DNA of 60,953 nt from Octopus bimaculoides (Eukaryota): positions 81,416,238 to 81,477,190 of the forward strand of contig NC_068990.1 of the NCBI RefSeq assembly GCF_001194135.2. The letters run 5' to 3'. The notes beneath the pieces were generated by a model, which did not search any database, had not been told where the DNA came from, and saw nothing but the letters and a program-made list of their open reading frames with translations. The translations under genes and the position numbers were made by a program. Below are positions 24,979 to 37,114 of this stretch, piece by piece. Position 1 is the first letter of the stretch, and each line of letters starts with the position of its first letter.

Positions 24979-25278
24979 CATTATTCAGTTTTACTTCAAG
25001 ATTTCTTGCCGTTAGAGAAAGAGCCGGTTTCTAATCTAAATCCAAGGTTCCTTCATTGGAATTTCAACGTCAACGGGGTATTTTTGCATGTATGTGTGTA
25101 TATGTGCATATATCCCACCACCCTCAAGAAATCAACCACAGAATTTACAGTGTTACTCTAGCGTGACCGCAGACGCTTGGCTGAAGTGTATAAACGAATG
25201 AAAGATATATAACTTATATAAGATGCGCACAAGGAAGTTCTGTGAAATAATCAAACTTTTGAATCGGTTCAGATATAG

Positions 25279-25668
25279 TGATAGCATGTTGTCAACTTAA
25301 TGTGACAGTCCCATAAAAGGGAAGAATGCTACTGTTATTTAGCCCTAGAAGTGAAAGATTTAGAAATATATTATTTCTATTTTCAAAAATCAGTGAATAT
25401 ATTTCACTTGAAATATATATGCTTTCAAAGGCGGATAGAGATCGACAGCTAGCAAACCATGCTACTCCAGACTGATGATGAGCAATGATTCTAAAACTAG
25501 TCTCTGGATGCTGGCTTTGCTGGATGGAGGTGCTTGTCTCCACTTTGAAAACATAAGAACACAGGAAATGTGTCAAGTCCAACAGGAAACGGTGTTTCCT
25601 AGGGCTAAATAACAGTAGCATTCTTCCCTCTTATGGGAATGTCACATTAAGTTGACAACATGCTATCA
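25279..25668. repeat. 70-bp inverted repeat pair (25279-25348 / 25599-25668)
   Basis: 68/70 identical by manual alignment. Confidence 0.95.
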
Positions 25669-26069
25669 TTTTATTGTACTGCTACTGCATAAATCTCTCT
25701 GAGAGATTTAGAAATATATTATTTCTACAGTTCAGATATATTTGAGACATATTTGACCTGTAAAAAGGCCATTTTCACTGGGGTTTGCCTTGGAAAAATC
25801 CTGGTCTTAGTAACAACTATTCTAGTAAACAATGCATTTCCAGGGACTGGTTTAGTGAACTATTAAAGCCGCAGTTGACAGGGGAAATCGTCAGCAATCG
25901 GTAGTGGGTCACCCTGAAGAGGGCGATTAAAATAGAATCGATAATCTTTAGGAAAGAGTTAACAATAGAAAGAAATAGATTCGAGGAAGAACGAGTTAAA
26001 ATCTAGAAGAGGCGATTAGTAAAGGCATTGCAACCAGCATGCTAGTGGCAAGAAAGGCACTTGACTATT

Positions 26070-26930
26070 TCTTTTTTACGTAGGATGTGCGCGGTGCCTA
26101 GTAGTGCTATTTTCTTTATGTTATATATACTCATAAGTCCTGGTGTTTTTGCGTAGAATGTTTTTTATCATACCTAATGCGCCTACTATGATAGGAATTG
26201 TTTCTGTTTTTAGGCTCTACATTCGAGTTACCTCTATTTCCAGATCTTTATATTTTGAAAGTTTCTCCGTTTCTTTTAGAGAAACATCATCATCCGTTGG
26301 TATTGATACATCGATTAGAAAGCATTTTTTCCCTTGGTGATCTCTGACAACTATATCTGGCCTATTGGCCTTAATTTCTCTATCTGTGTGTATTGGCATT
26401 GCTTTCTCATTTTCTGTGACCTTTTTCTGACATGAGCCTATACCAACTTTTTTCTGTTGTTATTCCATAGTATTGGCATAGCTTCCAGTGTTTATAGGTC
26501 CCAACTCTTTCGTGTCTGTGAATATATTCCTTCTTAGCCAGGACTGGGAAGCCAGAGACAATATGATTTATTGTTTCATCTCCATCTCCACATATTCTGC
26601 AGTTACTTGTATTTCTTTTCATGACATGATTTTGGTAATTTCTGGTGGGAAGGCTTTGATCTTATGCTGCAATTAAAAATCCCTCAGTCTACTTTGAGTC
26701 CTGAGCTTCTCAACCATTGTTGGGAGTTTGCTTGGACTATTTCTTTTCTGTTTTAAACCCAGTATTTGCCACGAAGGGGCTTTTCTTGCCATCGTTTTAT
26801 CATGATCCGTTGCTGTTCCAGTTCTAGTTTGGATTTCAGTTGTTTTACAGCTTTTGTTGTTTATTCTTTTTCTTCGTAGTTGTTAGATACTATGACTTCT
26901 TTTTTGCATTTGTCAGCTTCCTTAAAGACT
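26070..26930 (-). mobile_element. R4/Dong-like RLE LINE, family A, 5'-truncated
   Basis: KRWQEKPL, QQWLRSSGLK, CRICGDGDETINHIVSG...KKEYIHRHERVG, HWKLCQYYG, NRPDIVVRD...CFLIDVSIP...KETEKLSKYKDLEIEVTRM (CCHC knuckle and PD-(D/E)xK RLE). Confidence 0.9.
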
Positions 26931-26934
26931 GAAA

Positions 26935-27515
26935 ATTATTTATTATTATCATAGACGTCGCATAATCTTCTTGACTGAAGAAATCGTGTCTATCGGGGGT
27001 TTGTACTGTCTGTCAAGTCACAACAAGGTCTTCAAACAGACAGTACTTTACGCAATATGCGTGCGGTTCCAAGTAATGCTGACTTTTGCAAAATATCTAG
27101 AGTGTAGGGTATTTCTAAGATTTTCAGATGTTTTTTGGGGTTTTTTTCAGATTGGGTAGTATTAAACCCAATGTCCCGATGACAATAAGGATAACCATTA
27201 TGTTTGACTCCCGTAGCTGCCATATCTTGGCAATCTCAATTCTCAGCTTTCCATATTTATCGAACTTTTCTCTTTCTTTCATGATGATATGTTGATCTCC
27301 TGGCATTGCTACGTCGATTATTAGACACTCTTGTTTGTCCCTCCTAAAGGTTACTACAACCGGCCTTCAGTTCTCTAACTCCTTGTTTGTCTGGAAATCA
27401 AAGTCCCGTAGGATCTTTGTCTTTCCCCTTTTCGTCCATTACCTTTTCCGGTGTATGTTGGTACCGAGCACCCGTAACATTATATCCATACTTACGACAT
27501 AGTAACCAGTGAAGT
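26935..27515 (-). mobile_element. R4/Dong-like RLE LINE, family B, 3' end
   Basis: IIDVAMPGDQHIIMKEREKFDKYGKLRIEIAKIW...LQKSALLGTARILRKVLSV*, then a 3' UTR ending in a short aataaataat tract. The 5' truncation abuts (AAT)n. Confidence 0.9.
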
Positions 27516-27531
27516 ATTATTGTTATTAATG

Positions 27532-27592
<61 letters not shown>
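27516..27592. repeat. (ATT)n microsatellite
   Basis: Direct reading. Confidence 0.95.
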
Positions 27593-27593
<1 letters not shown>

Positions 27594-28056
27594 TTATTGT
27601 ATTTGCACAGCTTCTAACGCTGGAGAGATGTACTACGGTAAGACCCCTTAGTTTTCCAGCATCACCCGGAGTCTTCGAGCGATTCCAATTATTATCATTA
27701 TCATTATTATCAGTGATATTCTTACCGTTCTTTGTCCCAGTTAATTTTATTTCTTTTATATTTATCGTTAGAATTCCTATTACGATTGACATTTGAAACC
27801 TTATTCCTGTTTACATTTATGTTATGTTTATCACGACGGTTACCCCCATTAACGTTATGCTTAGACAATATACAATTGTAATCATCAACATTATTTTCGT
27901 GACTCTACTAAAAAGCATTTACTTCCTTTAATTTAGCACCACTGGAGTTAACCGTAATCCTACAATTGATTGTTCTAACATTTGCAACACAGTTCGTAGT
28001 ATCCATGTCTTTACCATTTCCTGCGTCATTATTTTTGTCATAAATACTAGTATTTA

Positions 28057-28448
28057 CGTTGTTGTTGTTGTTGGCACTCCGTCGCTTACGACGTCGAGGG
28101 TTCCAGTTGATCCGATCAACGGAACAGCCTGCTCGTGAAATTAACGTGCAAGTAGCTGAGCACTCCACAGACACGTGCACCCTTAACGTAGTTCTCGGGG
28201 AGATTCAGCATGACGCAGTGTGACAAGGCTGGCTCTTTGAAATACAGGCACAACAGAAACAGGAAGTAAGAGTGAGAGAAAGTTGTGGTGGAAGAGTACA
28301 GCAGGGTTCACCACCATCCCCTGCCGGAGCCTCGTGGAACTTTAGGTGTTTTCGCTTAATAAACACTCACAGCGCCCGGTCTGGGAATCGAAACCGCGAT
28401 CCTATGACCGCGAGTCCGCTGCCCTAACCACTGGGCCATTGCGCCTCC
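28057..28448 (-). mobile_element. Full-length about 390-bp tRNA-derived SINE (OK/OR-like octopus family)
   Basis: Minus strand: ggaggcgcaatggcccagtggttagg (A box), ggtttcgattccc (B box), (AAC)n tail. Highly similar to 40182 and 52617. Confidence 0.9.
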
Positions 28449-29249
28449 ACAGTACATACATATGTGTACAATATACATACATACATACATACATACATAC
28501 ATACATACATACATACGTATATACATAGTTGTGTGTGTGCGTGTGTGTGTGTGTATGAGTGTATACAGTTACAGTCATACATATATCTACTCAAAACATA
28601 GATTTAAAATATACTTAATTGGTTGTGGTTTCACTTTTGCTCGTTTATTTCATCCTCCCATCCCTTTTTTCTCCTCTTTTAAAAGCGAGCTGACGTTTTA
28701 CGAACTCTAGATTTAGCTACGCATTTTGTGGGAAAAACAGAAGAAACGGGTAAGAGAAATTTTATTCACAATATCTGTTCTTAACTTTGTACATCGTTGC
28801 ATGTAATACATTATATTATATATTGGCACTCCGTTGATTACAACGACGAGGGTTTCAGTTGATCCGAACTTTATCCCAAAAACCTGAAAGCCTAGCCTGT
28901 GTTGTGTCTGTATGGAAAGATAGTCGCTCATCTGTTATTCATTGAAAAGTGAAAGAAATTGGAATACGATGATTACTTAATGCACTTTATATATTTTATG
29001 CACAATTTTATAGACTTAATACACAGTACTCATAAAATAAGTATTCACTCTTATTTTTCCATTTCCCCACCATAAACAAAAAAAAAAATCCGTACACGTG
29101 ATACAACCGTTAGTTAAATTGCATATATCTGTCACGTAAATAAGCGTGAACGATTCACGGAATTCCTCTTATGCTCATGCGTTAAGTGATAGGTGATATA
29201 AAAAAACTTAGTTCAATTGAAAAAGAAAATAATCTTTTCATTATCCAAT

Positions 29250-30255
29250 TTTTTAAATATTTTCAGATCTGTGTTCTACAAACTCTATCTCGTACGATTA
29301 GGCAAAAAAAAATTTGTTTTTTATTTATATATTTTATTTTACTCCACCCGAAATTCTCAAAATTCGAAGGGTAGTTTGGGACAAACTTAAAAAGTGATGA
29401 ATTGGAAGATACACATATAGGGTGTTATCCGGATAAACAAAATAATTATTTGGTACAAATTAAAAATGGAAAAGAAAGGAGTAATAATTAATTAGGAACA
29501 AACAAAATTAGAGTATCATTCGGTTAAACAGAATAGGGTAATTTAGGACAAACTTAAAACGAAGATAATGGGGTGATTTGGGACAAACTAAAACAACGAT
29601 CATTTGGAAAACATAGATTGGGCATTTTTCGGATAAACAAAGTAATTATTTACGATAAATTTTAAAACGAAGGGGCGGGTAATTAATTTGGAACAAATAA
29701 AATTAGGGTATCGTTCAGATAAACAAAATGGGTTAGTTTAGAACAAATCACCGTTCATTTAGTTTTTTCCAAATTACCTCTCAATATTTGAGAATTTTAG
29801 AAGGGTGAATGAAAAACTTGAATATTTTTTTTTCTTTTTGGCTTAATCGTACGAGATAGAGTGTGTAGAATACAAACTCGAAAATAATTCTGAAAATACC
29901 AAACACTAGAAAGGAACCCGATTTAAGTCCTTCAAACGATCGCTGTTTTAGTTTGTCCAAAATCATCGCATTATCTTCTTTTTGAGTTTGTTCTAAATTA
30001 CCCCATTTTATTTATCCGAATGTTGTCCTAACTTTTATTTGTTCCTAATTAATTAATTATCAATCCTTTTGTTTATTCGAATAAGAACCTATTTATATAT
30101 CTTCGAAGTCATCGCTTTTTAAGTTTGTCCCAAATTACCCCTTTGAAATTTGAGAATTTCGAGGTAGGGAAGAATAAAAAAATTAGGTCCAAAACTTATG
30201 TTTAATCGTACGAGAACACAAATTCGAAAAAACCTTCTGAAATTATCAAAAACTA
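29250..30255. mobile_element. Modular foldback-like element, about 1 kb
   Basis: 29930-30250 is a diverged reverse complement of 29255-29605. There is an extra inverted terminal module at 29770-29900 and internal subrepeats (ggtaatttgggacaaact, cggataaacaaa). Confidence 0.75.
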
Positions 30256-30399
30256 AAAACTACGCCTGATAGAACTATCTGAACTCTGAGACTGCTAGAT
30301 TAACCAACCTGTTTCTTCCTTTTTTTTTTTTTTTTAACTTTTACATCGGCCACACATTACAGAAGGTAGCGATAACACAAGATCAAATAGATCTTGTAT

Positions 30400-30900
30400 A
30401 AGACATTTTCTTAGTTTATCGACCATGAAAGGTTTTCAAAGTAAATTCGACTTTGCTGCTGTAACGTAAAACCACGTAACTGAATAGCGCAACACATTAT
30501 TAAGGCACTCTACTGTTTCTGCGATTGCCTTAATAAATGATTAAAATAATTATCATACCTGTCACTTACACAAACCAGAATTACAAGATTAGAAATTTGG
30601 CGGAAAAGTGACACACGGAATGATGAAAACTAAAGGTGTCTACTGAGGGACTTGAACTCAGAATATAAAGATTCAGAATGCATACTGATAGGTATTTTAT
30701 TTCCCGACGCTTCTAATTCTGTCTTTATCATAACGTATTAATAAAGATTTCCGACGTGTAGACAATCAGAGTGACTCCCGTACTTTACTTTCGTTCGGAA
30801 TGATGAAAAATAATGTGGAATTTGGCAGGATTTGAACTAAAACATAAGATATTTGAACTAGACTCTACAAAGTATTTATGCCAAGTGTCGGCCGATTCTA
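30400..30900 (-). mobile_element. Three old Meta/MESC-domain SINE remnants in tandem
   Basis: Three degenerate copies of the gaaaggatgaaa...gtcgac...ggatttgaactcagaac core at about 30420, 30620 and 30800. Confidence 0.5.
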
Positions 30901-31311
30901 AAGTGCAGTTTTAGTTATATCAGAATACACACAATGGCATGACCAAGATTTATTGGCGACATGCAAACACTACCAAATTAAGATAAACAAGTGATATGTA
31001 TATACGTATAAAAACAGTCATTAAGTAAGTAATCATGTCAAATAACCTCTGATATTTCTAGTAAATTGATCAAAAACTAAAAGAAAATTAGCCAGACATC
31101 ATAATTACATATTCAAATGGAATGTCTTTTCGTCGATGTATAATGATGATGCGTACAACATTACTGGGAAAGAGGTTGGAGATAATGTCTAAGCAATCAC
31201 AAATAAAATTTGAATGCTAGCAGCTGTTAAAGCAAACATGAAACAAAAACTTTGTAAACTTCTTGGTATTGCTTATCAATACATACTACAGCATATATCA
31301 TAAATTTGCAC

Positions 31312-32128
31312 AGTACTTTGGATCTTTTCCCTTTCAACGGCAGAGCGAGAAATTAATTTTTTGTAACTAAACACTTTCAAACTTCGGACACTAGTAGAAT
31401 GTGTCATATAAAACATCTTTTACTCTTAATGTTGCTGATAAAAGTTTCTATTTTCAAAGTTATTTCGTGTTAAAGTTGTCGTATTTCGGTAATTTCAACC
31501 AATCAATGACGTGTATTTAGCTGAATAAAATTACTGCCGTTGTTTGTCAACAACAACTTCTGGCGGTGTATATTTCGTTTGTCACTGTTATTTATGATAT
31601 ATTTCATCTCAGTTACGTTTGCATGAATAAACAGCATGTTTACTTCATGGCACCACCATAATCGTTCGTGCATTTCTACTGCTTTTAGTTGTTTTTTTTT
31701 CTGTTTTTCAGCTACGATTTTCGGAAAGACCCCAACGCTAACCCTAACCCTAACACTAAAACNNNNNNNNNNCTACGATTTTCGGAAAGACCCCAACGCT
31801 AACCCTAACCCTAACACTAAAACCCTAAAGCTAAAACCAGTGCAAACGCACGAACGATGTCATAAATAACAGTGACAAACGATAGTTGTTGTTGACAAAC
31901 AATGGCAGTAATTTTATTCAACTAAATACACGTCATTGATTGGTTGAAATTACCGAAATGCGACAACTTTAACACGAAATAACTTTGAAAATAGAAACTT
32001 TTCTCAACATCACTAAGAGTAAAAGATGTTTTATATGACACATTCTACTAGTGTCCGAAGTTTGAAAGTGTTTAGTTACAAAAAATTAGTTTCTCGATCT
32101 GCCGTTGAAAAGGAAAAGCTCTAGTACT
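31312..32128. mobile_element. Long-TIR foldback/MITE with telomere-like (CCCTAA) core
   Basis: Left arm 31312 to about 31690 is the reverse complement of right arm about 31830-32128 (about 300 bp, two insertions in the left arm). Both ends lie in AGTACT. The centre reads ctaaccctaaccctaac. Confidence 0.9.
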
Positions 32129-32134
32129 TTTACT

Positions 32135-32230
32135 ACGTGGGGTCTCGTAGGTTTCAAAGTGGAGGCTAAAGGATTTTTAATCGATGCACAAAATCAGAGC
32201 AGTCTCGCCACAAAAAAGAGTCCGAATGCT
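32135..32230 (+). mobile_element. Short R4/Dong-like fragment
   Basis: FKVEAKGFLIDAQNQS resembles the LKxETEGFLIAAQDQS motif; a similar fragment at 33245-33330 reads LKVEVEGFLITAQNKS. Confidence 0.5.
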
Positions 32231-33350
32231 CAGTTTAACCTAAAAACAAAAGCAGGAATCATTTATACATGATAAAATATAATATTGCATTCAATCAAGG
32301 TTGACGTAGTTGAAGCAGATGCTTCAGAAGCAAACGCATAAAAAGGATGAGTCAGAAAGACTAAAGGGCAGAGAACTTAAATATAGTTTACATGCAAGTC
32401 AAAACTAAACCGCACAACCCTTTCTCTAGAGAGTTGAAGAGATGCAAAAAGATTAGTGTTTTACATCGCAAAATTCAGTGACGAAAGTGAAGTAACGGCC
32501 CTGACAGAATGAAATTTAATAAAAGTAAGACAACGCGAACAAAAACAACAAAGGCACTCCCGGAAAAATCGGGCGGAGAAAATTATTTCCTGGGAACGGA
32601 AAAAGAAATATGAGACATAGACAATGAAACCGTATTGTTGACAAGTATGAGTTTCAAAAGAGAGACAAAAAGTGCTGATAACTGAAGCTAAGACCAGTGT
32701 TTTGATATCAAATATTGCAAGAAAGCAATCCTATAAATTTCAAGAGAACCTAAATGTTTCATCTGCAGAGAAAAATCTAATGATACAATTGATCGTATTC
32801 TTTCAGGATATCTAATACCCCGAATGTTTGCATAGGCATAATAGAGTAACTGTGTATGAAAATAGCGAAACCTGTTAATACTACAAGATTTTTAGCTCTA
32901 TTTGAAATTAATGGTACGCATTAAGAATACGTTACCCAAAATTTGATTGTGTAAAGGATTATATTTACAATAAATACAAAGAAGTATACACATAATTAGC
33001 TAAAAAAAAAAACTACTTTAAAATATCTAATAATGGAAAACTAATGAAAATTACTACAAAAAAAATTAAAAATACAAAAACGGAGTCTGAGGTAGTGAGG
33101 AAACAGGAGAACCAATATCAGAAATAAAGAAAAGGCAAAACTCCGGTTAAAAATGGAGCTGCAGAATGCCCTGCGCAAAAGACGTTAAGAAAAGCAACAT
33201 GACCAGTACTTGACAAAACTGAATAGGATGGAGATGTAAAGCAAAATGGCGAACTGGATGAAAAGCGCAGTTCTCAAAGTTGAGGTTGAAGGATTCTTGA
33301 TCACTGCACAGAATAAAAGTCGTCGCCTAAAAAAAGCAAAAAGAAAACTA

Positions 33351-33521
33351 TGGAGTGGCTATGTGGTAAGAAGCCTGCTTCCCAACCACATGGTTCCGGA
33401 TTCAGTCCCACTGCGTAGCACCTTGTGTAAGTGTCTACTACTATAACCTCGTGCAGACCAAAGCCTTTTCAGCGGATTTGGTAGACGGAAACTGAAAGAA
33501 GCCCGTTATATATATATATAG

Positions 33522-33596
<75 letters not shown>

Positions 33597-33816
33597 AATG
33601 TATGTATTTGTGTGTCTGTGTTTGTCTCCCCACCATCATTGCTTGACAACCGATGTTGGTGTGTTTACGTCCCCGTAACTTAGTGGTTCGGCAAAAGAGA
33701 CCGATAGAATAAGTACTAGGCTTACAAAAGGTAAGTCCTGGGGTCCATTAGTTCGACTAAAGGCGGTGCTCCAGCATGGCCACAATCAAATGACTGAAAC
33801 AAGTAAAAGAGTAAAA
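33351..33816 (+). mobile_element. Long tRNA-headed CORE-like SINE with internal (TA)/(GT)n microsatellite
   Basis: tggctatgtggtaagaag head, ggttccggattcagtccc B-box region, ccttgtgtaagtgtct CORE-like segment, tail gactgaaacaagtaaaagagtaaaa. Confidence 0.8.
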
Positions 33817-33829
33817 TGCTCCGAAAGAG

Positions 33830-34215
33830 AACACATCTTGAGGTATGACAGCATGAAGAATTTATACACAATACTGGTTCCCAGTCAAGTGTTTTGTTTT
33901 TTTCAAGTTGAGGAACAGATGATAGTCAGATGAGGCCAAATGAGGAGAATTGCGAAGCTGATGAACCAGTTCAAGGCCACAATCGCACACAGCAGCTATT
34001 GAAACCAAAGGCTTATGTGCTGGAGCATTGCTCCTATGAAATGAGGCCCCTTTCGTCAGTTTTTCTGGGCGTTTTGTCTTCATAGGCTTTCGTAACTGTC
34101 TCAGCAAGTTAGTATAGTATTTTCCATTGAGGATGTGGCCCTTTTGAAGAGTCAATAAACACACTCAATGCCTTTGCATCCCAAAACACTGAGGTCATTA
34201 CCTTTCCTGAAAAAG
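33830..34215 (-). mobile_element. mariner transposase fragment (pseudogene)
   Basis: GKVMTSVFWDAK, then LQKGHILNGKYYTNLLRQLRK...FHRSNAPAH...SPHLASSDYHLFLNLKK (WDAKG, HQDNAPAH and YSPDLAPSD motifs, degraded). Confidence 0.9.
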
Positions 34216-34224
34216 AAACGATCT

Positions 34225-34405
34225 TGGAGGGGGAAGCCAGTCGATTACATCGACTCAGTGTTCAACTGGTACTTATTTTATTGACATAGAAAGGATGAAA
34301 GTCAAAGTCGACATCGGTAGAATGCGAACTCAGAACGTAAAACCAGAAGAAATGCCGTTAAGCATTTTATCCGGCGTGCTAACGGTTCTGCCAGCTCGCC
34401 GCCTT
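34225..34405 (-). mobile_element. Meta/MESC-domain SINE
   Basis: Ends gccagctcgccgcc on + strand; central domain present. Confidence 0.85.
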
Positions 34406-35239
34406 GAACAATAGCCGTGATAAAGCAACAACTGTTTGATTTGATTAATTAATATTCCTGTAATAACAGATTTCGCGAGAACGTGATCACCTTTCAGATA
34501 TGCCTAAACCCTCCTAAAATTTCTCATCTTGTATTTTCAAACAATTTTTAAAGATTATTCTCAGTAATTTTGTAACCAACAAGGTAATGCTATAAAAATA
34601 TGTGCTTTTTAGAGATTTGCACTTAGAGCTGTCTGTGAATAAATTTCCAAATGTTTTTTTATCGAATATAACTGAATTAACGAACTCAACGTCAAGATTA
34701 TGACTTCAAACATCAGTAGAAACGTTTCTAAAGGAAATTGATTACAAGCCCGACAGAATAATTTATTCCAGTAACGCTGCTGCTTTTCCAGTTAAACTTT
34801 CATAATACTGATGAGAAATTTCATTCTAAATGAATAATTTCAGTGTTCACAGAGTTGTACAACGGTCATTGGCTTGCTGAAATACATTAATACATTATAA
34901 AATTATTACGCTTCGGTCTACTTTGACTTCCGTTAATATGGCTGCCAAAATGTTACGTTGCAGTAACTTCCTCTGAAATGGCACTAACCTGTAACATATG
35001 TCAATCTATCATATAACTAAATTCCAGATATTGCCTATTTTTAACAATTCTAAATTCTAATATACGATCATAAAATAATAATGATCGAATTTTTTTTCAC
35101 TAAATACAAACATCGTCAATTATATGTAGAAGACAGAGATATTCAATTGATTTGTCTTCATATCTACACACATATATAAATATATATTTTATAACATATA
35201 TACATATACATAAATATACATATATATGTATGTATATAC

Positions 35240-35284
<45 letters not shown>

Positions 35285-35489
35285 NNNNNNNNNNNNNNNN
35301 NNNNNNNNNNNNNNNNNNNNNNNNNNNNNNNNNNNNNNNNNNNNNNNNNNNNNNNNNNNNNNNNNNNNNNNNNNNNNNNNNNNNNNNNNNNNNNNNNNNN
35401 NNNNNNNNNNNNNNNNNNNNNNNNNNNNNNNNNNNNNNNNNNNNNNNNNNNNNNNNNNNNCTTACATCATTATGCTTTGAAAATGACTC

Positions 35490-35905
35490 TTAGATACTTA
35501 GACAGGTTTCGGTTACATTGGCCCAGGTCATAGCTAACTAAATAGTAATGTATTTGGTAATGTATTTTTTTAATAGTTATTTTTAGGCACAATTGCCCAT
35601 TCGATTAAAGAGTTGTTGTTTGCAGCAGTATATCCGGGTGGTGGTGGTTTATCTGGAATTTGTTGGAGATATTCATCCAGGAACTTTTTGAAACTTATGA
35701 CATCTTTTTCCACGTTTATATGTTTTGGAATGCTGTTAAAAAGAGCAGGTCCAGTTGAGGAGAAATAGTTCTGTCTTAATGTTGTGATGTGTCGAGAACA
35801 TGATTTCAGTAGAGCTTTGGGTTTATTTTAAAAGTGATACCGACATCATTTGGGCAATACTGTCGGAACAATTTCCACATCATACAAATAATAAAGCACT
35901 ATCGG
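35490..35905 (-). mobile_element. CR1-group LINE 3' end
   Basis: Minus strand MWKLFRQYCPNDVGITFKINP, then RHITTLRQNYFSSTGPALFNSIPK...FKKFLDEYLQQIPDKPPPPGY...NNNSLIEW, a CR1/L2-type ORF2 C-terminus. Confidence 0.75.
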
Positions 35906-35909
35906 CGGC

Positions 35910-35986
35910 TAGATAGACAGACAGACAGATATATAGATAGATAGACAGATAGATAGATAGACAGATAGATAGATAGATAGATAGAC

Positions 35987-36039
<53 letters not shown>

Positions 36040-36092
36040 TAGATAGATAGATAGACAGATAGATAGATAGATAGATAGACAGATAGATAGAC

Positions 36093-36190
<98 letters not shown>

Positions 36191-36464
36191 NNNNNNNNNN
36201 NNNNNNNNNNNNNNNNNNNNNNNNNNNNNNNNNNNNNNNNNNNNNNNNNNNNNNNNNNNNNNNNNNNNNNNNNNNNNNNNNNNNNNNNNNNNNNNNNNNN
36301 NNNNNNNNNNNNNNNNNNNNNNNNNNNNNNNNNNNNNNNNNNNNNNNNNNNNNNNNNNNNNNNNNNNNNNNNNNNNNNNNNNNNNNNNNNNNNNNNNNNN
36401 NNNNNNNNNNNNNNNNNNNNNNNNNNNNNNNNNNNNNNNNNNNNNNNNNNNNNNNNNNNTATAT

Positions 36465-36546
<82 letters not shown>
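35910..36546. repeat. (GATA)n/(GACA) tetranucleotide array spanning an N gap
   Basis: Direct reading. Confidence 0.97.
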
Positions 36547-36857
36547 CGGTACATTCACCTACAGCCTAGGATTATTTCATCTTATTTTGTTAGTATTACT
36601 TCTATTTTTGAAGCAATAACAATCTACATTAATTGTTATTAGCGAACAGAGTAAAGTTTCATTTAGTCTAAACCAACATGGCTGATGACTGTGAAGTTGT
36701 CTATTGCTGCTGTTGCTTTCGTTGTCGTAGTTGAGTCTCTCTCTTTTATTCTTTTTCCTTCTTCGGTTTTACTACTTTCTATAATGATAGTTTGTTAATT
36801 GAAGCTGACATGCAATGACAAGCTTAGCGAATTACAACAATTCTACTGCAATGGCAG

Positions 36858-36877
36858 TAATAATAATTATAATAATA

Positions 36878-36968
<91 letters not shown>

Positions 36969-37114
36969 TAATAATAATAATAATGGTGATAATAATAATA
37001 ATGAGAAGAAGAAGAAGAAGAAGAAGAAGAAGAAGAAGAAGAAGAAGAAGAAGAAGAAGAAGAAGAAGAAGAAGAAGAAGAAGAAGAAGAAGAAGAAGAA
37101 GAAGAAGAAGAAGA
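36858..37114. repeat. Compound (GAT)n-(AAT)n-(AAG)n microsatellite
   Basis: Direct reading; produces the poly-D/N/K pseudo-ORFs. Confidence 0.97.

Noticed and set aside
27908-28180. 90-aa minus-strand ORF
   Set aside because: First half is SINE tail plus (AAC)n; the remaining 44 codons have no splice or homology support.
28375-28448. tRNA-like sequences (also 40185-40260, 45085-45160, 52930-52989)
   Set aside because: A and B boxes are present but they are SINE heads continuing into family bodies, with no complete cloverleaf.
31730-31830. True telomere or chromosome fusion site
   Set aside because: Only 2-3 CCCTAA units, internal to a TIR element and doubled by a gap artefact.
34808-34850. 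CTGATGA followed by a hairpin (hammerhead or C/D snoRNA candidate)
   Set aside because: No GAAA box after the stem and no D box or terminal stem.
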